61,755 nucleotides of DNA from Gammaproteobacteria bacterium (GTDB taxonomy: Bacteria; Pseudomonadota; Gammaproteobacteria; DSM-16500): the NCBI GenBank assembly GCA_049294295.1, contig JBAQCP010000259.1, forward strand, positions 1 through 61,755, given 5' to 3'. The translations under genes were made by a program, and so were the position numbers. Position 1 is the first letter of the stretch. Every line of letters begins with the position of its first letter. The notes under the pieces are model-generated. The model ran no database searches. It was not told where the DNA came from and worked only from the letters and a program-made list of their open reading frames with translations. This document shows positions 57,412 to 61,755 of the stretch, piece by piece.

Positions 57412-58272
57412 TTATTTAATACGCGAAATTAATTTCTCAATTTCTTCTGGCGATTGTATGTTAATTATTAGGTGACCTCTACCATTAACATTAAGTTTTA
57501 TTTTCACCTTGGATGAAAGTTTACCTGTTAATGCGCTTGTCCATAAGTCTATATTTTGATCGAATTTGTTTTCTTTTATTGATTCATCGGCATTCATGTT
57601 TTTTATCAGTTTTTCTGTTTCTCTTACTGATAGTTTATTGTCAATAATTGTATGTGCAACTTTTTGCTGATCGTCATGCCGGAGTGATAATAAAGAACGG
57701 GCATGCCCCATTTCAATCAAGCCATCGGCTAGTAATATCTTTATACTATCATGGAGTGCGACTAGACGAATTAGATTAGTAACCGCTGATCGAGAGCGCC
57801 CCACACGTTTTGCAATTTCTTCATGGGTAAGTTCAAATTCTTCTTTTAGCCTATACAATGAAAGACTTTCATCAATAGCATTTAATGACTCTCGCTGAAT
57901 ATTTTCAATTAATGCAAATGCTAATGCAGTTTGATTATCAATTTTCTTTACAATCGCCGGGACTGATGTGAGATTTGCTAGCTTTGCAGCAAGGAAACGC
58001 CTTTCTCCCGCCACGATTTCATATTTATCCTTCCTCAGCTCGCGCACAAGCAAAGGTTGCAAAATACCATCTTCTTTTATAGATGCTGCTAGCTCCTCAA
58101 GTAATTGGTTATTAAAACTTGTTCGGGGCTGATATTTCCCTTCAACAAGATTCTCTACCAAAATTTGTGTTATAACTTGTATGTTATTCGGGCTTTCCTC
58201 AGGCGAATAATCTAAGCTTCCTGCTGTTAGCCCTCTTATATGCTCTAATCCTTTTAACGTAATCCCTACCAT
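57412..58272 (-). CDS. parB: Spo0J/ParB-family protein (second ParB)
   Basis: YQPRTSF, GILQPLLVR, YEIVAGERRFLAA, ALIENIQRE, GRSRSAVTNLIRL. Confidence 0.93.
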   Translation of the reverse strand: MVGITLKGLEHIRGLTAGSLDYSPEESPNNIQVITQILVENLVEGKYQPRTSFNNQLLEELAASIKEDGILQPLLVRELRKDKYEIVAGERRFLAAKLANLTSVPAIVKKIDNQTALAFALIENIQRESLNAIDESLSLYRLKEEFELTHEEIAKRVGRSRSAVTNLIRLVALHDSIKILLADGLIEMGHARSLLSLRHDDQQKVAHTIIDNKLSVRETEKLIKNMNADESIKENKFDQNIDLWTSALTGKLSSKVKIKLNVNGRGHLIINIQSPEEIEKLISRIK

Positions 58273-58309
58273 GCTACTCTCCTTAGCAACTATTGGTTAT
58301 CATTAAACT

Positions 58310-58395
58310 CCCTGTAACTGTCGGATTTAATGTGATTGTTATCCAGCCCGTAAACGTCGGTATTTGTATTAAAGTTGAAGCCCCGTAAATGTCAG
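58310..58395 (-). repeat. Three auxiliary iterons downstream of rep
   Basis: CCCTGTAACTGTCGG (58310), GCCCGTAAACGTCGG (58346), CCCCGTAAATGTCAG (58381): the reverse complement of the 559-700 motif. Confidence 0.7.
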
Positions 58396-58397
58396 TT

Positions 58398-59675
58398 TTA
58401 TTCAATATTACGTATATATTCATCACATGTCATAAATGGATAATCATCTTCTATCATCTGCTTCTCCATCATACTTTTAAAAATGGCATAAATTGACTTA
58501 TTACCAAGCCCGGATTGTTTAAATTTTTTTCTGCTATATTGGTCAAGTGAGTTTTCAAAATCTAATAAGAGCTTACTTTGAACGTCTACAGATAATGTAT
58601 TCACGTATAGTTCTAAGCGATTACGCATATAGTCAACATATTCAATTTTTCTTTTTTCATATAAATCATCTCTATTTTGTACTACACAATCTATAGCTTG
58701 TATTTTTTGGGTATTTTGTCTTTTACCAGACTTACCATGCTGAAAATTTTCCTTCAGAGCTTTAATTATGTATCCAGCTTTGTCCTTAATACGATTAGAT
58801 TGGTAACTCTTAGAAGATTTAACTAGATGTATTTTTTCTAAAATATATTCATCGGGATATATTTCCAGTAATTCGCGAATTTTTCTTTTTTCAATAAAGA
58901 ACTCATTAGATAAAATGTCTTCTGCTTTGTTATTAATCGAATGTTCTACGTGAATCATTGTAGAATTGCTCGTAATTCTAAACCTGAGCTTTAATACCTT
59001 TCTGCCTGATTTAACAATTTCTGGGATTATATGTATGTTTGAGTATTTGTTAACTTCATTTATTGCGGTATCTAGAACTCTTCTTTTAAAATCACAAAAT
59101 AACTTATATTTACCTATATCAACACCCATTAATTTCCGAAACACATCTAATGACATCCAGCCAGTTGAGGGTAATCCTTGATATCTAATACAGTTTTCAT
59201 AAAGGGCTAGCCCATATGATGATTTAAACTGCGCCATGATATTTAAATCAATCTTTCCATAAATTTTAGGATTAAATAGGTATTCTCGGAGCAGCGAGCT
59301 AAATTCATAAGTACATATCCCTTTCTCAATATCAGCGGCAGATATGAGGGAACTGGCTCTCCATTTCACAATTTCTGGATTATTTGATTCAAGTACATTC
59401 CATTCAATTATTGTACCTATTAAATTGAGTAAAGATTTTTTCACAACATTGATATCTTTGCTGTTAAACCCTATAAGCTCACAAAGTTTTTTTATAGTGA
59501 TTTTATGAACTAATTGCACTGATAGATCGTGATATGCGTTGTAAATTAATGCATTAAATAATTTCCTCTGGACTAACGATATATCGCTAGAAGAATGAAT
59601 TGCATTTATATGCTTCTTGAGCTCTTGTTTATGATGAACATCATTTTCAATTATCACCATAGCTATTCCCTGCAT
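58398..59675 (-). CDS. Rep_3/RepB-family replication initiator
   Basis: LKKHINAIH, SLVQRKLFNALIYNA, FKSSYGLALYENC, DFKRRVLDTAINEVN. Confidence 0.9.
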   Translation of the reverse strand: MQGIAMVIIENDVHHKQELKKHINAIHSSSDISLVQRKLFNALIYNAYHDLSVQLVHKITIKKLCELIGFNSKDINVVKKSLLNLIGTIIEWNVLESNNPEIVKWRASSLISAADIEKGICTYEFSSLLREYLFNPKIYGKIDLNIMAQFKSSYGLALYENCIRYQGLPSTGWMSLDVFRKLMGVDIGKYKLFCDFKRRVLDTAINEVNKYSNIHIIPEIVKSGRKVLKLRFRITSNSTMIHVEHSINNKAEDILSNEFFIEKRKIRELLEIYPDEYILEKIHLVKSSKSYQSNRIKDKAGYIIKALKENFQHGKSGKRQNTQKIQAIDCVVQNRDDLYEKRKIEYVDYMRNRLELYVNTLSVDVQSKLLLDFENSLDQYSRKKFKQSGLGNKSIYAIFKSMMEKQMIEDDYPFMTCDEYIRNIE

Positions 59676-59693
59676 TTCAATGATAGGTTATCT

Positions 59694-59750
59694 AATTCGG
59701 TTAACCGAATTTGGTCAAATTGCATCCTAATTCGGTTAACCGAATTAGGA
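59694..59750. promoter_or_regulatory. parS centromere (two palindromes)
   Basis: AATTCGGTTAACCGAATT at 59694-59711 and a 26-bp perfect palindrome at 59725-59750, directly downstream of parB. Confidence 0.8.
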
Positions 59751-59758
59751 TTTACAAG

Positions 59759-60769
59759 CTAATCGACTAAATCTATGAAATTCTTGATTTGTAAACATAA
59801 TTTATCAAAATCAAGTTGCTCACTGTATTTTTTATTAAAAACAAGACAAGCAGCACCTTTTTGATCAAGCCTGAGAGTGAACATTTTTTTTCCGTTTTTT
59901 GACTCGAATGTTGTGCTAGTAATGGGTAAAGACTTCCCTTCATTAATTGAGGATTCTTGCATTTGAAATCGCTTTTCCAGTGCATTGGAGGAATTAATCT
60001 TGCTTCCTATTTCCGGAGCTAATTTTATTAATATGTTTTTAGCCTTAATACCAAAATTTAGTAAACTAACAATTTTTATTGCCATAGCAGTAGAGAGTTT
60101 ATGCACATCTGGTAGCAGTAATACTAGATCCTCAGGAATTTTAGCAAAATTCAATAATTCACTTAGATTTGAAGCTGATATGTTAAGAAATTGAGCGAGC
60201 TGTTTTTCATTAGAAAAAGTACCATCATTAATCAGTCTCTTGTAAAGGAGAGCATTGGAATAATTACTAACATTCTTTCTGAATTTATTTTCTGCATCTT
60301 GACAGACAATCGCATCCTGATTTGATAAAGTGACTCGCTTTATTGCTAAAAATGGAATTTTTAGTTCTAAACATGCAAGATGCCTACGCCTACCAAAAAT
60401 AATCTCATACTTAATTTTACCATGTGGATTTGGATGTTGTCTTATTAACCCTGGTTGTAATTGTTTATTATTCTTTATAGATTGAATTAGTTCCTGTATC
60501 TCACCCATTTCTTGGCTCGAACGATTAGCATATTGCCAGGGTTCACATTCCTCTGGATCAACATCTACAAGCTCATTCTCAGAAAATTCTATTCCGGATT
60601 TTGTCTGAAAGCTCTGAAGATGTGCGTTTGGGTTAACGCGATCTAATGCATGTTTGTTAGTAGCTCTGTCGATGTCCGGTGTATTATTAAGAGAAACGGG
60701 TTTAATTTCACCTTCTCTTAATAGCATTCCAAGTGGACCAGAATAATGAATTTCTTTCGTTTTATCCAT
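59759..60769 (-). CDS. parB: Plasmid ParB
   Basis: PWQYANR, QLQPGLIR, YEIIFGRRRHLAC; overlaps the parA stop. Confidence 0.9.
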   Translation of the reverse strand: MDKTKEIHYSGPLGMLLREGEIKPVSLNNTPDIDRATNKHALDRVNPNAHLQSFQTKSGIEFSENELVDVDPEECEPWQYANRSSQEMGEIQELIQSIKNNKQLQPGLIRQHPNPHGKIKYEIIFGRRRHLACLELKIPFLAIKRVTLSNQDAIVCQDAENKFRKNVSNYSNALLYKRLINDGTFSNEKQLAQFLNISASNLSELLNFAKIPEDLVLLLPDVHKLSTAMAIKIVSLLNFGIKAKNILIKLAPEIGSKINSSNALEKRFQMQESSINEGKSLPITSTTFESKNGKKMFTLRLDQKGAACLVFNKKYSEQLDFDKLCLQIKNFIDLVD

Positions 60770-61755
60770 GAGCTAGCTCCTTTTTATCTTCTGTTGAATG
60801 TTCTTGTGCTTGATAAGACCATACATCTTTAAAGCCTTCTATAATTTCGTCAGTAACCTCATCAAGATGTTTAATAGCACGCAAATGTGCAGCTATACTG
60901 CCTCTTGGTTTTGAAATATCATAGATCGTTGAAATTTCATTTGCTGCTTTAGATACTTCCACTGTATCGCACATATGCTTAGCTAAGATTAGCCCTCCTA
61001 ATAATCCTCTTATCATGCTATCAACAGCTTTAGCTTCTTTGTCAGCTTTATGTTTTGATAGTAGAAACCTGCAATAATCTAATTGATTAATATTAATCTG
61101 TTTAAAAAGATTCGAGAGAGAAGATGCGTATGTAACGAAACTAGAATATGATTCAATTTGGGGAGGAATAGGGATAATTAAGCCATTACAGGAAATAAGT
61201 GCATTAAGTGTAAGAACAGCTAGGTTTGGACCACAGTCAATCAAGATAACATCGTAGTTTTCTTTTACTAAGTCCAATGCGGTTTTAACTCTATGAAATG
61301 GTGATCCAAGAGATTTTTGATTATTATATTCAGTGTTTGGTAACAACAGGTCACAATCCTGAATCGCAAGATTGGCAGGGATGAGATGAAGACCATCAAA
61401 ATGGGTTTTCAGGATAATGCCATGAATCAAATTTGGATCTGAAACCAAAGTATTTGTTATTGTATCCTCATAGTCGAGTTCTAAATCAGGTATTAAACCG
61501 GAAGTGAGTAATGTAGCAGTTCCTTGCCCATCAAAATCTAAGATTAAACATCGTAATCCCGTAATTGCCAGTTTTTTTGCTAGATCAACAGCTGTTTGTG
61601 TTTTAGCAACTCCGCCTTTTAAATTAGTAACAGCGATAACAAAAGGTTTAGATCCTACTGGACGTTTATATCGTGTATTTGCTAATTCTCTAAAATAATT
61701 AATTGCGGTAAGTGTAAGCTTAATTCCATTACCATTTTTCCCCCCTTTTTTTTCT
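60762..61755 (-). CDS. parA: ParA, C-terminal part (gene starts at 357 across the circular join)
   Basis: KGGVAKT, LDFDGQGTAT, LIPAN, YDVILIDCGP. Confidence 0.92.
   Translation of the reverse strand, partial: EKKGGKNGNGIKLTLTAINYFRELANTRYKRPVGSKPFVIAVTNLKGGVAKTQTAVDLAKKLAITGLRCLILDFDGQGTATLLTSGLIPDLELDYEDTITNTLVSDPNLIHGIILKTHFDGLHLIPANLAIQDCDLLLPNTEYNNQKSLGSPFHRVKTALDLVKENYDVILIDCGPNLAVLTLNALISCNGLIIPIPPQIESYSSFVTYASSLSNLFKQININQLDYCRFLLSKHKADKEAKAVDSMIRGLLGGLILAKHMCDTVEVSKAANEISTIYDISKPRGSIAAHLRAIKHLDEVTDEIIEGFKDVWSYQAQEHSTEDKKELAHG

Noticed and set aside
9660..61698. Many short ORFs antisense to or overlapping long genes (e.g. 9660-9935, 15724-16092, 20801-21202, 53905-54222, 61504-61698)
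   Set aside because: Shadow ORFs of well-supported genes with no motifs; only traH was retained

Overview
The window looks like a complete circular conjugative plasmid of about 61,628 bp: bases 1-127 are repeated exactly at 61629-61755, and the parA gene reads across that join. Gene content suggests a Legionellales-type host (inference). The backbone has two replicons. The first is ParA-ParB-parS-Rep_3-ParB with iterons at 559-700 and 58310-58395; the second is an IncW-type RepA with a downstream oriV and a candidate antisense RNA upstream. It also carries a near-complete IncP-like Trb/Tra transfer system (trbBCDEJKLFGHI, traG, traF, a trbN-traD fusion, traC, a topoisomerase, traI/H/J, oriT, traKLM). 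The most notable cargo is an AT-rich, self-contained thioamide biosynthesis cluster at 717-6794: ThiF/MoeB-rhodanese, a divergent POT-like transporter, an ATP-grasp ligase, an unannotated 45-aa peptide, ThiS, YcaO and TfuA. A 5.85-kb TniA/TniB transposon lacks TniQ, carries a TnpS/TnpT tyrosine-recombinase module, and has inserted (5-bp target duplication) into the intergenic res region of a paralogous TnpS/TnpT pair. Other cargo includes a DprA-PRTase (ShosTA-like) defence pair with an apparent ATT start, HicAB, an orphan MqsA, a histone-H1-like protein and a block of effector-like orphan genes, one ending in a CaaX prenylation motif. All family calls come from motif recognition by eye; no database searches were run.
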